Under the pieces are notes generated by a model. The model was not told the DNA's origin and did no database searches. It worked only from the letters and a program-made list of their open reading frames with translations. From positions 266,237-330,236 of the forward strand of contig NMRA01000486.1 in NCBI GenBank assembly GCA_002633005.1: a DNA stretch of 64,000 nucleotides. The letters run 5' to 3'. Source of the stretch: Phoronis australis (lineage: Eukaryota > Animalia > Phoronida). Shown here one piece after another: positions 37,356 through 50,020 of the stretch. Position 1 is the stretch's first letter; every line of letters starts with the position of its first letter. The position numbers were made by a program, and so were the translations under genes.

Positions 37356-37969
37356 GTAAGTGTGAACGTGCCTTACCTCCAACGCCTTTTTATTTTTCAA
37401 AGTTACAATGCCTGTATGGGTTAGTTCGGTATAATGGGTAATAATTGCAATAATAGCCGCCATTGCTAAGGGCCATCAGGGGATTAATTTGCAGCTTTGA
37501 CTGTTTCGTCATTAATGTCGTCATTTTTAGCAGTGGCGAGTGGGGAACACCGTTTAACGAAAACCGAGAGCTCGAGATGTTATATTTTATTTCTTTTTTC
37601 TTTTAAATGTATCATATCAAACGCTACAATGGCTGTTTGTTGAAGGTCGGCGATCAATACACTGCTTATTGACTCGAACGTATCGGTTATGAGTTAAAAA
37701 TCCCCGAATCTCGATAACACGTGTGCTAAATGTCTGACACATCCTTACTTGAAAGGCTGTACAGGCCAGACTACTCTCGGAATGTGCACTGGTACTTGTG
37801 AAGTCTTGTTTGACATGTAAATTATTTTGAAACTTGAGAGGAAAAAGTTAGCCTAATGTGACTTCGGCTGGTGAACTAATCCAGCGTCAACAGTTTTATC
37901 CGTGTTTACTTTAAGTTCGCTGATCGATCACTGCGGTCACGTGACCCATGCAATGTTTGTTCATTTCAG

Positions 37970-38077
37970 TTGCCAAACAAAAATTTTGGGAAACTTCTTG
38001 TGTTGTTCTGTGGCGCCGGTACTGGACTCACCACGCCCACCAAAGGATGCCGTGTCCTGGGAAAACGTTATACGAAG
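37970..38077 (+). CDS. CUB protein juxtamembrane cytoplasmic exon
   Basis: catttcag|, (Y)CQTKILGNFLCCSVAPVLDSPRPPKDAVSWENVIRR, AG|gtttgt; phase 2 to 2. Confidence 0.8.
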
Positions 38078-38261
38078 GTTTGTAATGTATAAATATGTCA
38101 ATAATTATTTACATAATAAAAAATAATTGCAGGCGGTCTGGTAAACGTTGTACCAGACGTGCACAGGCCGCGCATATGGGCCCATTGCACTGATCAGCTG
38201 GAACCATTTTTATGCTTTATTGAGAATAATATATAGTTAAAACCGAGCTGAGGAAACTAGA

Positions 38262-38400
38262 AACCTGACTCAAGGGTCCAGCAGTGTGGCCCAGTGGGAC
38301 TCGAACTAGAGACCTGACTCAAGGGTCCAGCAGTGTGGCCCAGTGGGACTCGAACCCACGAGCACATGAAGCCGACACTTATTCCACTTGGCCACACTGA
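38262..38400 (-). mobile_element. tRNA-derived SINE head with internal tandem duplication (second copy at 45526-45650)
   Basis: Minus strand gtggccaagtgg (A box)...ggttcgagtcccactgggccacac (B box). Confidence 0.55.
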
Positions 38401-38741
38401 CTATAGATCACGTGATGTAACCAACATATGGCGTGTATGAAGACTAATAATTACTTATACGATGTTCAACGCGCTTGTTTATAACAACACAATTATATAG
38501 AATTTTTTATTGTTTTGTTCTCCCTAACTCCAATGTTTAAACGTTATGGCGAAATTCCGGCAAAATGTGGTTTAGGTGGCACATGTTTTTGAATTTCCCC
38601 AACGACGTCTTCTTAGGCGGCTGTGTCGTCACCATTGAAACCATTGTCGTAGCCGTGGACGTCATAATTATTTTAATCACTTACGTTCTAACTGACGAAA
38701 TGAATTAAGAAATAAAAGGTCCCCTGTTTATTTCCTTCCAG

Positions 38742-39609
38742 GGAGGATAATCGCGATGGCTTTGAAGATCGCTACTTGGCCTCGTCCTATAGATCACGTA
38801 CCCCCAGTCCGGATGCTGAACGAGGGCGAGAAGAGTTGAAGGAGAGTCGACGCTCGAACTACTACGAAGACCGATACTCAGCATCCTCCTACAGGTCGCG
38901 CACACCTAGTCCGGACGTAGAGCAGGGGCACGAGTTGCCAGGGGACCACAGACCTTCGGACTACTATGAGGAAATCGGGCCGAAATATAACGGTCTGGCT
39001 GCCATTCCGGAAGTTGTAGTTACTCCTCCTGAAGAATTTGAGAGTACCTCCGGTCCTATAGAGCCATGTACTGACAAAGAAGAATCGTGTGATCCGGAAG
39101 TTGTTCTTTCGCCTCCTGACCAAAATTCATCTGATCGTGCGGGAAGTTTTAATGACGAAACCAAAGAAAAAGAGCTTCGGGTCGGTCATGGAAAACCCAG
39201 AGAGGAAGAAGATATTAAGAATGCAGATATGTTGAATGATGATGCAGCTCTTCAAGGTAGCGATAGCCTGGATGACCATACTTCACAAAAATCTAAACCG
39301 TCCAAAAAATACGATAAAAATAAAAAGACAAGGAGTCCAAAACCGAAACGGAGGGAAAATCAGTCCCCTCTCAGTGTCAAGGGAATCAGCGGAACTGAAG
39401 AACCAGCGACCGGAGACGAGGAAAGATCGAATTCACCTGAACCACAGCCATTAGAGAATGAGAATGATAGCGAGAAAAACGTTAATGTTGTTGGAAATTT
39501 AAATCACCATAAAGAAGAAAATAATTTGTCTAGTGGGAACGGGGTATTAGTTGGAGAGACCTATGGGGACGGCATAGATGCTGCAAATATCGAGTCTTCT
39601 ACGTGTTAA
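38742..39609 (+). CDS. CUB protein terminal exon (long acidic, disordered cytoplasmic tail)
   Basis: ttccttccag|, phase 2, in frame with ORF 38776-39609, ending ...AANIESSTC*. Confidence 0.85.
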
Positions 39610-39934
39610 GCCTGTGACTCCACCACTAGGATTATTTATGGCATTTTATTTTAGTTAAATTAAAAAGATACACTATACTCTTTGTTTTAATTTCTTTCTG
39701 GTTATCAAACTCATCACTCGAGTTTCTTCAATAGAAATATAACAGTGCATTTGATAGATCCAACTCCACGCCTATTTGCGTTACATTAAATTGTTGGTTT
39801 CTATTTTCGAAAGTCACTGAATGCGATGTTCAGTTGTGTCATGTTGGTAAATTAGGATGTACCACACAACATTTAACTGTCAAATTAAATTTAAAATGTT
39901 TATGAAATTCCGTTGAGTTTGAAAAAAGAAAATT

Positions 39935-41191
39935 GATTTTTTTAAAATTTTTATTTTGCTCTAGCATGGTAATTACATATCACATAAAACAATACAGTAT
40001 ACATCATTTACAAAGAATAACATTAAATCACTAGGCAACAAGTACAGGATGTAACTCTTAAAAAAGTTTACAAACATTTTTTAACAAACTTTTGGCTAAA
40101 TATGTAATTTTGCTAGTATGATCAACAAGATGACATTCCCAAAACAGATGGAGCGTAAATCACTTGTTTTCATTTAAATTTTATACAAATAATTAATGGT
40201 TGGCAATATTCTGGGAATTAAGCGGTATTGAAACCAACGCAATATTGTATCTTTTGTACAACTGAAGGGGAGTTTAATAATATTTACTTTTCTTCACCAG
40301 GTATCAGGGTCACTGAGCTTTACATTGTTTATAACAACGTTTATTACTATCTCAGACGACCACTTGTTTTTATATTTACAAGCTGTCTGAAGTGTCTGTG
40401 CTACGGTGTCATAAATAGTCTATTTACCGCTTGTGATTTATTATGCAAAATTTCATAAATATAACTTGGAAAATTTGGTAAAAAATATTGTCTTGGTCTA
40501 TTTTTAAGACCCCTGTACGCTGCAAAGGTTGCACTTCTTAATCCATAGAATTCTAGTATTGGAGGTTGAAAGTTATAACTGTTACACAGTTCTTCGTATG
40601 ACAGAAAAGAGCCTTCAGCATTAAACAAATCAAACACACGATAGACTCCTCTCTCATACCACGTCTTGTAGAAAATAGATTTTCTACCGGCTTAATCTTT
40701 GAATTATAGCATAGGGGAGAGTAAATAATATTTTCACTTTTGTCACACATTTAAAACGGGATTCGCTTAAAACTTCCTTCCAGAACAGATTGTCGGTTCC
40801 TTCAGCTAATTTTTTAAGAAAAGCGTCCCCCATTTTAAAAAGTTATCAACTTTACAACCTAAAACTGCCTCCGCAAGGTCACGTTTGGTATTTAAGGTGA
40901 ATAGTTTACGATCAAGTCACAATATTTTCAAAGACTTGATAAAAAAATAATTAACATGAACCATTTTTAAACCACCAATATCCTGATTTTGTACAATTTC
41001 ATTTCGGCTAACTCTGTCATTCTTCCCATTCCAAATGAAGGCAAAAAACTCTCTAATTGTTCAATCATGTCAATGGAAGGGCTAGGGAGGGATTGAAGCA
41101 AATGAACAATCTTGGGCAATAAAAGTGTCTTAACCATGGTTATTTTACCTAAAACAGTAAGAACTCTTCTTGAACAAGAGCCCACCATTTT
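39935..41191 (-). mobile_element. L1/Tx1-clade non-LTR retrotransposon relic, 3' part (copy interrupted by a Gypsy LTR)
   Basis: Broken ORF2 C-terminal fragments (SRRVLTVLGKITMVKTLLLPKIVHLLQSLPSP; FDLFNAEGSFLSYEEL); continues at 46888. Confidence 0.85.
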
Positions 41192-41838
41192 TGTCAGACG
41201 ATTGTCTGTGTGGGTTTGTTTAAAAGGTAGCTATGCTTTGAAGTTGTGCGTAGATGGAGAGTGAATAATCAAATCCAGTAATTAATTTATTATATGAAAA
41301 CCCCTAATTAGACAAATGAAACCTATTGTTAATTAAGTAATCAACTACAAAGAGAAACTACGCTAGCGCCCTCATTAAAGATTACTTTAATCAAACAACC
41401 AAACGATCAAATGTCTTATCTGCTATCCAAGCTAGGACTCTCCACTTGTTGGATGTCTGTCCTGTTGGTGAATCTTCGAACTACACACAGTGTATAGCGA
41501 CAGTGTACTTGCTGGTCACCGTCTCTGGTGATGCAACACTTGCAGGCAATTTCTTCTTCCCGCGAATCTTCTTGCTGGTCACAGTCTCTGGCTGATGACG
41601 CAACACTTCAGGTAGTATCTTACTACCCACAATGCAAGTGACAAGCTCTTAGTTAACTTCCGGTTCGTTAAGCTAACCCTTGCCCTTGCCAAGATCCTTT
41701 CTAGAATCTTCCACGAGATGGCTCTGTCGTACAACTGCTTCTGTACACTGTAGCAAGTCTAATGCTTCAACTACTTTAGCGCATCTGATTATCTTGCTGA
41801 TTTCAGCCCATAATATAACATTCTACTTATTTAGTGAT
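41192..41838. mobile_element. LTR end of a Gypsy element inserted into the L1 relic
   Basis: Starts TGTCAG after ATTTT. The matching end CTGACA at 46887 is followed by ATTTT (5-bp TSD). The empty site is seen at 43963-43967. Confidence 0.75.
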
Positions 41839-41839
41839 N

Positions 41840-42378
41840 CTGACAAAGAAGAATCGTGTGATCCGGAAGTTGTTCTTTCGCCTCCTGACCAAAATTCATC
41901 TGATCGTGCGGGAAGCTTTAATGACGAAACCAAGGAAAAAGAGCTTCGGGTCGGTCATGGAAAACCCAGAGAGGAAGAAGATACTAAGAATGCAGATATG
42001 TTGAATGATGATGCAGCTCTTCAAGGTAGCGATAGCCTGGATGACCATACTTCACAAAAATCTAAACAGTCCAAAAAATACGATAAAAATAAAAAGACAA
42101 GGAGTCCAAAACCGAAACGGAAGGAAAATCAGTCCCCTCTCAGTGTCAAGGGAATCAGCGGAACTGAAGAACCAGCGACCGGAGACGAGGAAAGATCGAA
42201 TTCACCTGAACCACAACGTTTAGAGAATGATAATGATAGCGAGAAAAACGTTAATGTCGTTGGAAATTTAAATCACCATGAAGAAGAAATTAATTTGTCT
42301 AGTGGGAACGGGGTATTAATTGGAGAGACCTATGGGGACGGCATAGATGCTGCAAATATCGAGTCTTCTACGTGTTAA
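41840..42378 (+). CDS. Duplicate of the CUB-protein terminal exon, 3' part (open frame)
   Basis: Near-identical to 39071-39609 with scattered substitutions and no stops; starts at the contig-join N at 41839. Confidence 0.6.
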
Positions 42379-42704
42379 GCCTGTGACTCCACCACTAGGA
42401 TTATTTATGGCATTTTATTTTAGTTAAATTAAAAAGATACACTATGCTCTTTGTTTTAATTTCTTTTTGGTTATCAAACTCATCACTCGAGTTTCTTCAA
42501 TCGAAATATAACAGTGCATTTGATAGATCCAACTCTCTGCCTATTTGCGTTACATTAAATTGTTGGTTTCTATTTTCGAAAGTCACTGAATGCGATGTTC
42601 AGTTGTGTCATGTTGGTAAATTAGGATTTACCACACAACATTTAACTGTCAAATTAAATTTAAAATGTTTATGAAATTCCGTTGAGTTTGAAAAAAGAAA
42701 TTTG

Positions 42705-45320
42705 ATTTTTTTAATATTTTTATTTTGCTCTAGCATGGTAATTACATATCACATAAAACAATACGGTATACATCATTTACAAAGAATAACATTAAATCAC
42801 TAGGCAACAAGTACAGGATGTAACTCTTAATAAAGTTTACAAACATTTGGAAATTGAGATTTTTTAACAAACTTTTGGCTAAATGTGTAATTTTGCTAAT
42901 ATGATCAACAAGATGACATTCCCAAAACAGATGGAGCGTAAATCACTTGTTTTCATTTTAATTTTATGCAACTAATTAATGGTTGGCAATAATCTGGGAA
43001 TTAAGCGGTATTGAAACCAACGCAACATTGTATCTTTTGTGCAACCGAAGGGGAGTTTATTTACTTTTCTCCACCAGGTATCAGGGTCACTAAACTTTAC
43101 ATTGTTTATAACAACGTTTATTACTATCTCAGACGACCACTTGTTTTTATATTTACAAGCTGTCTGAAGTGTGTGCTAAGGTGTCATAAATAGTCTATTT
43201 ACCGCTTGTGATTTATTATGCAAAATTTTATAAATATAACTTGGAAAATTTGGTAAAAAATATTGTCTTGGTCTATTTTTAATACCCCTGTACGCTGCAA
43301 AGGTTGCACTTCTTAATCCATAGAATTCTAGTATTGGAGGTTGAAAGTTATAACTGTTACAAAGTTCTTCGTATGACAGAAAAGAACCTCCAGCATTAAA
43401 CAAATCAAACACACGATAGACTCCTCTCTCATGCCACGTCTTATAGAAAATAGATTTTCTACCGACTTAATCTTTGAATTATAGCATAGGGGAGAGTAAA
43501 TAATATTTTCACTTTTGTCACACATTTAAAACAGGATTCGCTTAAAACTTCCTTCCAGAACAGATTGCCGGTTCCTTCAGCTAATTTTTTAAGAAAAGCG
43601 TCCCCATTTTAAAAAGTTATCAACTTTACAACCTAAACCTGCCTCCGCAAGGTCACATATGGTATTTGAGGTGAATAGTTTACGATCAAGTCACAATATT
43701 TTCAAAGACTTGATAAAAAAATAATTAACATGAACCATTTTTAAACCACCATTATCCTGATTTTGTACAATTTCATTTCGGCTAACTCTGTCATTCTTCC
43801 CATTCCAAATGAAGGCAAAAAACTCGCTCTAATTCTTGAATCATGTCAATGGAGGGGCTAGGGAGGGATTGAAGCAAATGAATAATCTTGGGCAATAAAA
43901 GTGTCTTAACCATGGTTACTTTACCTAAAACAGTAAGAACTCTTCTTGACCAAGAGCCCACCATTTTATTAATTTCCAAAAGCCTGCCACTATAGTTAAT
44001 ATCTGGCATTGTATTATAAACAGTTGAGAAGTTATTTCCCAAAAACATGAAAGGTTTGTTAGTCCAACAGGTTTTCATTGACACAAAGGTTTTCGTCAGA
44101 GTCTTTTTTGAACCAATCCAAACACATCTTGTTTTCTCGATAGTTGGCTTCAATCCAGAAAATTTCACAAATTGGCCAATTAAATTCAAAGATTATCGAA
44201 GACATAATTCAGAACCGTCCAAAATTAAACAAGTGTCTTCGGCGTACTAGATCAGATTAAACTAAGAAACACCTATCCTTACCCCGGTGATGCCACCATC
44301 CCGTCGAATTAAATTACCTAATATATCTAGTAAGGAGAAATGGGGTCTCCTTGACGACAGCGTCTCCCCAATTAAAAAACTCAGAGAAAAATCCATGTTG
44401 GAGGAGAACACAAAGACGAGATTTGTTGTAGAGAGTTTTGACCGTGTCAATGAATCTTGGGCCAAAGTTAAAGTATGATGATGCCTTGGGCATGAAATAC
44501 CAGGAAACCGAGTCGAAAACTTTTTTTCAAAATCCGCCAATAAGAGGAGTCTGGTAAAGGGTTTACAGTCTAAAAATTGAATTACATCATATGAAATTCT
44601 CTTGTTTTCCCCAATACAACTGCCTTTCATGAAACCTTGCTGGTTCTCATGAATAAGGGGTTCGAGGACGCTTTTTAGGCGTCTTGCAATACAACCAGAC
44701 AAATTATTGTAAGTAATATTTAATAGTGAAATTGGCCGCCAGTTTTTAATGAATTCTCTTGGTTTATTTTCTTTTGGTATTATTGAGATAATACACTGTT
44801 TTTGCGTTGTAGATAATTCTCCTTTATTGATACCTTCTTTAAAAGACCGGAACAAACAATATTTAAGTTTTGACCAAAAAAAATTAAAATTCTACTGTAA
44901 AACCACCTGGGCCATGACTTATGTTGTTTTTTAAATCTTTCAGAGTTGCATGAATTTCCTCCAAATTGATATAAGTTTTCAAGTTCGACTTGGTTAGACT
45001 GGTTCAATTTAGGAGTTGGGCACGATGCCAAAGGTTCATTTAAATTAACATCAACAAGGTCGTCGTCTTTGCAGGAGTATAATTTTTATAAAAAGAAGTG
45101 ATCTCCGAGAGGATAGCGGATTGTTCCTTGATAGCAGCATTATTGGGACTGAGTAGCTTAGTTACATTCTTATTCACAAAATTCCGTTTTTTAATGTACA
45201 AAAATATTTTGTTGGTTTTTCGCCATTTTCAACCCAGTTAGCTCTCGATCTGACCATTACTCCATGCATGTATTCTTTGCAATTATCATCATATTCTGAC
45301 CTCTTATTTTCCAATTGAAT
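42705..45320 (-). mobile_element. L1/Tx1-clade LINE relic (5'-truncated, frameshifted ORF2 reverse transcriptase)
   Basis: IISIIPKENKPREFIKNWRPISLLNITY...LIHENQQGFMKG...IGEN and KFSGLKPTIEKT are non-LTR RT motifs, split across frames. Confidence 0.9.
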
Positions 45321-45990
45321 TTGGGAATGCGTTTTGTCTAATGTTTTGTGATACGATTCGTACTATGCGATTTTGATGATTATGAATATGTATCGGTATA
45401 ACAATTTCATCTTTTTTGTCGTAAATTATCTGTGACAGCGGGTAAGTTAAAAATTTCACTAATTTTCCATTTAATTCTTTAATTTTTGGTAGTGGCGGAT
45501 CTAGGATGTTGTAAGGGGCCAACCACTCCAGTGTCCAGCAGTGTGGCCCAGTGGAACTCGAACTAGAGACCTGACTCCAGTGTCCAGCAGTGTGGCCCAG
45601 TGGGACACAAGCACATGAAGCCGACACTTATTCCACTTGGCCACACTGACTATAGATCACGTGATGTAACCAACATATGGCGTGTATGAAGACTAATAAT
45701 TACTTATAAGATGTTCAACGCTCTTGTTTATAACAACACAATTATATAGAATTTTTTATTGTTTTGTTCTCCCTAACTCCAATGTTTAAACGTTATGGTG
45801 AAATTCCGGCAAAATGTGGTTTCGGTGGCACACGTTTTTGAATTTCCCCAACGACGTCTTCTTAGGCGGCTGTGTCGTCACCATTGAGACCATTGTCGTA
45901 GCCGAGGACGTCATAATTATTTTAATCACTTACTTTCTAAATGACGAAATGAATTAAGAAATAAAAGGTCCCCTGTTTATTTCCTTCCAG

Positions 45991-46304
45991 GGAGGATAAT
46001 CGCGATGACTTTGAAGATCGCTACTTGGCCTCGTCCTATAGATCACGTACCCCCAGTCCGGATGCTGAACGAGGGCGAGAAGAGTTGAAGGAGAGTCGAC
46101 GCTCGAACTATTACGAAGACCGATACTCAGCATCCTCTTACAGGTCGCGCACACCTAGTCCGGACGTAGAGCAAGGGTACGAGTTGCCAGGGGACCGCAG
46201 ACCTTCGCACTACTATGAGGAAATCGGACCGAAATATAACGGTCTGGCTGCCATTCCGGAAGTTGTAGTTACTCCTCCTGAAGAATTTGAGAGTACCTCC
46301 GGTC
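45991..46304 (+). CDS. Duplicate of the CUB-protein terminal exon, 5' part with intact acceptor
   Basis: Copy of 38742-39055 including ttccttccag| and ~460 bp of upstream intron; ends at the N at 46305. Confidence 0.6.
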
Positions 46305-46305
46305 N

Positions 46306-46811
46306 AGTCGCCTCGACCTCCGCCAGTTGTGTCCATCGGTCAAAGAACCTCTTCAGTCTTGCCCCGAATTGGAACACGTTTTCACCCTTTTCAGGCTTGG
46401 ACTCTCTGAACTTTCGTCGGAACCCATCTTCGGTTAATTCATACCTGTGCAGCAGCGCCACCTTCAGTTGGTCATAGTTGTTAATTTGGTCAGACGGCAT
46501 GTTGTTGAATACCTGTAGGCCTTTACCTGTCAACAATGGACTCAAGTCCACAGCCCACTCAGATTTATCCCATTTCTGGCTTGTAGCGAATGTCTCAAAC
46601 CTGGCTAGGAAAGAATCCATGTCGTCGACGCGCCCATCAAACCTTGGCAGTTTGGGACGACTGGTACGTACACCACTGCTTGAAGCCCCACCACTAGGTG
46701 TCGCTTTGAGCTCAATTTGGAGTTGCAGTGTCTTCTGCTTCTCAATCTCAATAGCTTGGGCCCGCTCTGCTTGTTCTAGTTCCCTTTGATGGGCACGCTC
46801 TTCACGCTCCA
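46306..46811 (-). mobile_element. Gypsy LTR-retrotransposon gag fragment (Gmr1/SCAN-like capsid)
   Basis: Coiled coil, then PKLPRFDGRVDDMDSFLARFETFATSQKWDKSEWAVDLSPLLTGKGLQVF...YDQLKVALLHRYELTEDGFRRKFR; open frame bounded by N on both sides. Confidence 0.88.
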
Positions 46812-46887
46812 NTACATATGCACAAATTTTGGGCAACTTAAAATGGATCTATTCTTACTAATTACTTAATCAATATTTATTCTGACA

Positions 46888-48460
46888 ATTTTCTTAATTT
46901 CCAAAAGCCTGCCACTATAGTTAATATCTGGCACTGTATTATAAACAGTTGAGAAGTTATTTCCCAAAAACATGAAAGGTTTGTTAGTCCAACAGGTTTT
47001 CATTGACACAAAGGTTTTCGTCAGAGTCTTTTTTGAACCAATCCAAACACGTCTTGTTTTCTCGATATTTGGCTTCAAACCAGAAAATTTCACAAATTGG
47101 CCAATTAAATTCAAAGATTATCGAAGACATAATTCAGAACCGTCCAAAATTAAACAAGTGTCTTCGGCGTACTGGATCAGATTAAACTAAGAAACACCTA
47201 TCCTGACCCCAGTGATGCCACCATCCCGTCGAATTAAATTACTTAATATATCTAGTATATCTACACATAATATAAAAAGGAAAGGAGAAATGGGGTCTCC
47301 TTGACGACAGCCTCTCCCCAATTCAAAAAACTCAGAGAAAAATTCATGTTGGAGGAGAACACTCTCGAGTTATAAAGGTCATCTGCAAATTTGGCGGCCA
47401 TTTTGTCCGCCATCTTGAAAAACCAACTTCCGCCACTCCGATTCCGGTAGACTTTTTTTCTCACACTAAGGGGTGTGAGAGGATACGATTTATGCAATAA
47501 AACCTTCTGTTGCAATTTTTTCCGGGTCATCCGTAGAATGACTGGACTAAAAGACGAGATTTGTTGTAGAGAGTTTTGACCGTGTCAATGAACCTTGGGC
47601 CAAAGTTAAAGTATGATGATGCCTTGTGCATGAAAGATCAAGAAACCGGGTCGAAAATTTTTTTTCAAAATCCACCATTAAGAGGAGTCCGGTAAAGGGT
47701 TTACAGTCTAAAAAATGAATTACATCATATGAAATTATCATGTTTTCCCCAATATATCTGCCTTTCATGAAACCTTGCTGGTTCTCATGAATAAGGGGTC
47801 CGAGGACGCTTTTTAGGCGTCTTGCAATACAACCAGACAAATTATTGTAAGTAATATTCAATAGTGAAATTGGCCGCCAGTTTTTAATGAATTCTCTTGA
47901 TTTATTTTCTTTTGGTATTATTGAGACAATACCCTGTTTTTGCGTTGTAGATAATTCTCCTTTATTGATACTTTCTTCAAAAGATCGGAACAAATAATAT
48001 TTAAGTTTTGGACAAAAAAAAAATTAAATTCTACTGTAAAGCCACCTGGGCCAGGAAATTTGTTGTTTTTTAAATCTTTCAGAGTTGCATGAATTTCCTT
48101 CAAATTGATATAAGTTTTCAAGTTCGACTCGGTTAGACTGGTTCAATTTAGGAATTGGGCACGATGTCAAAGGTTCATTTAAATTAACATCAACAAGGTC
48201 GTCGTCTTTGCAAGAGTATAATTTTCTATAAAAAGAAGTGATCTCCGAGAGGATAGCCGATTGTTCCTTGATAGCAGTATTATTGGGGCTAAGTAGCTTA
48301 GTTACATTCTTATTAACAAAATTCCGTTTTTAATGTACAAAAATATTTTGTTGGTTTTTCGCCATTTTCAATCCAGTTAGCTCTCGATCTGACCATTACT
48401 CCATGCATGCATGTATTCTTTGCAATTATCATCATATTCTGGCCTCTTGTTTTCCAATTG
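46888..48460 (-). mobile_element. L1/Tx1 relic, second copy, 5' part
   Basis: Near-identical to ~43963-45320; contains KQGIVSIIPKENK...NWRPISLLNITY...GFMKGRYIGEN. Confidence 0.88.
47362..47569. mobile_element. ~200-bp insertion in L1 copy 2 (possibly Helentron/HINE-like)
   Basis: Absent from copy 1 (gagaacacaaagacgag at ~44404); has a subterminal hairpin ccgggtcat...atgactgg and ends in an A-run; no clear TSD. Confidence 0.55.
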
Positions 48461-49839
48461 AATTTGGGAATGCGTTTTGTCTAATGTTTTGTGATACAAT
48501 TCGTACTATGCGATTTTGATGATTATGAATATTTATCGGTAAAACAATTTCATCTTTTTTGTCGTAAATTATCTGTGACAGCGGGTAAGTTAAAAATTTT
48601 ACTAATTTTCCATTTAATTCTTTAATTTTTGGTAGTGGCGGATCTAGGATGTCGTAAGGGGCCAACCATATTTTTTCGAAAAAAATAACTTGTGTAAGCT
48701 CCAAAAAACGGCACGACGAAAGTTTTTTTGATTTGGTCGTGGTCATAGGAGGGGGGGGTGACATTTACGGGTCGTGGTCATAGGGGGTCACGTGACATTT
48801 ACGGTCCCTTTAAAGTGCAATGGATTTTTCAATTCAGGAGATTTTAGGCCGTGCATAATAATAGTAATGTTATAACACAAAATATAACTAAACAAGCCCT
48901 TGACTTGGGAAATAATTTTGAATTTTGAAGGAAAATTAATTATTTTTTGGTTTCTCGTCACATGATGTCATCAGTTTAAGACGTTGATCAGTTGACGGCA
49001 TAATTATATGCATTGGCGGATAGAAGTGATTTTGTAAGTTACGAAAACTCAGAGAGCGAGCTTTACAGGTATTATGAAGACAGGTATGGAGATGGGAGTG
49101 AAGACGACACTCAGGCCATAGGTCCGAAACAGGTAATGAGTTAGACCTCGCCATCGGCAGACTGCGAATTTGAGGCCGTACAAACTCTACCCTTCCACAC
49201 AGGCGTCTTCGGCGATCGTAAAGCCTAGTTGGGACCTACTCAATCTGCAGACAGTTCTGAGAGGCAGTTAAAGCCGTTTATTGAATCACGATTTAATTTT
49301 CTAACTACTTTAGTGTCGAGTATTATATATCTTTACCGTGACTGTCAGAGCCCAGCCGCCAATAGCGGACACTGATTTCATTTCTTCTAATGGCGAGTAC
49401 GTTTGTCATATCTAATTATAGTGATGCTAACTGGATAACATTTCTGGTAAATGATTCTCGTTTCTGTCTTGTCTGTTCCAAAGTTAGGAAAGCTTTGTAC
49501 CGTTCTGATTCGTGTATTATTTCGGGGCCAGTGTCCAACTCCAGCGTCTCTAGGCTGCGGTCGTGACCACAAATTATATGCGCGGCATCAGCATCCCATT
49601 TTCTACTATTGGTCATTTACGTATTATGTGAATAATATGCATTCCCACAAAAAACTTGAACATGAATGGACTGATGGAAACTTACTGCAACCACATTCAT
49701 TTTCTGACATTATTTTGATGCTAAGGCTCGTACACAATATGTGGCTGACAACACGTTCCCAGAAATACACAATACACTTTTTTCCATCACATTTTGGAAA
49801 AACCGTCATCAAATCTCCGCTTCTGCGAAGAATCCGGAA

Positions 49840-50020
49840 GCATGTACGGTTCTTCATAATGTGCTGAGCACAGCTAGCCCCTGAATTGAACGTTTGCTTC
49901 ACCGTGTAGTGGCATACCCATGTCCTACCCACGAATCTCTGCCATTTCTGGGGTCTTTCAGAATCGCAAAAACTGAAATATTGTCGGTCCGATTGCTATT
50001 ACTGCTTCCTTTACATAATA
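49840..50020 (-). pseudogene. Decayed THAP zinc-finger remnant of a DNA transposon
   Basis: Minus strand CKGSSNSNRTDNISVFAILKDPRNGRDSW and, in another frame, LCSAHYEE. Confidence 0.5.

Noticed and set aside
38262-38400. tRNA gene
   Set aside because: A and B boxes are present, but the anticodon arm and acceptor stem are not intact; treated as a SINE head. The same applies to ~18277-18345.
46025-46836. Apparent fusion of the CUB-tail exon with Gypsy gag (ORFs 46025-46477 and 46213-46836)
   Set aside because: The ORFs read through single-N contig joins at 46305 and 46812; this is an assembly artefact. The same applies to ORF 41680-42378 across the N at 41839.
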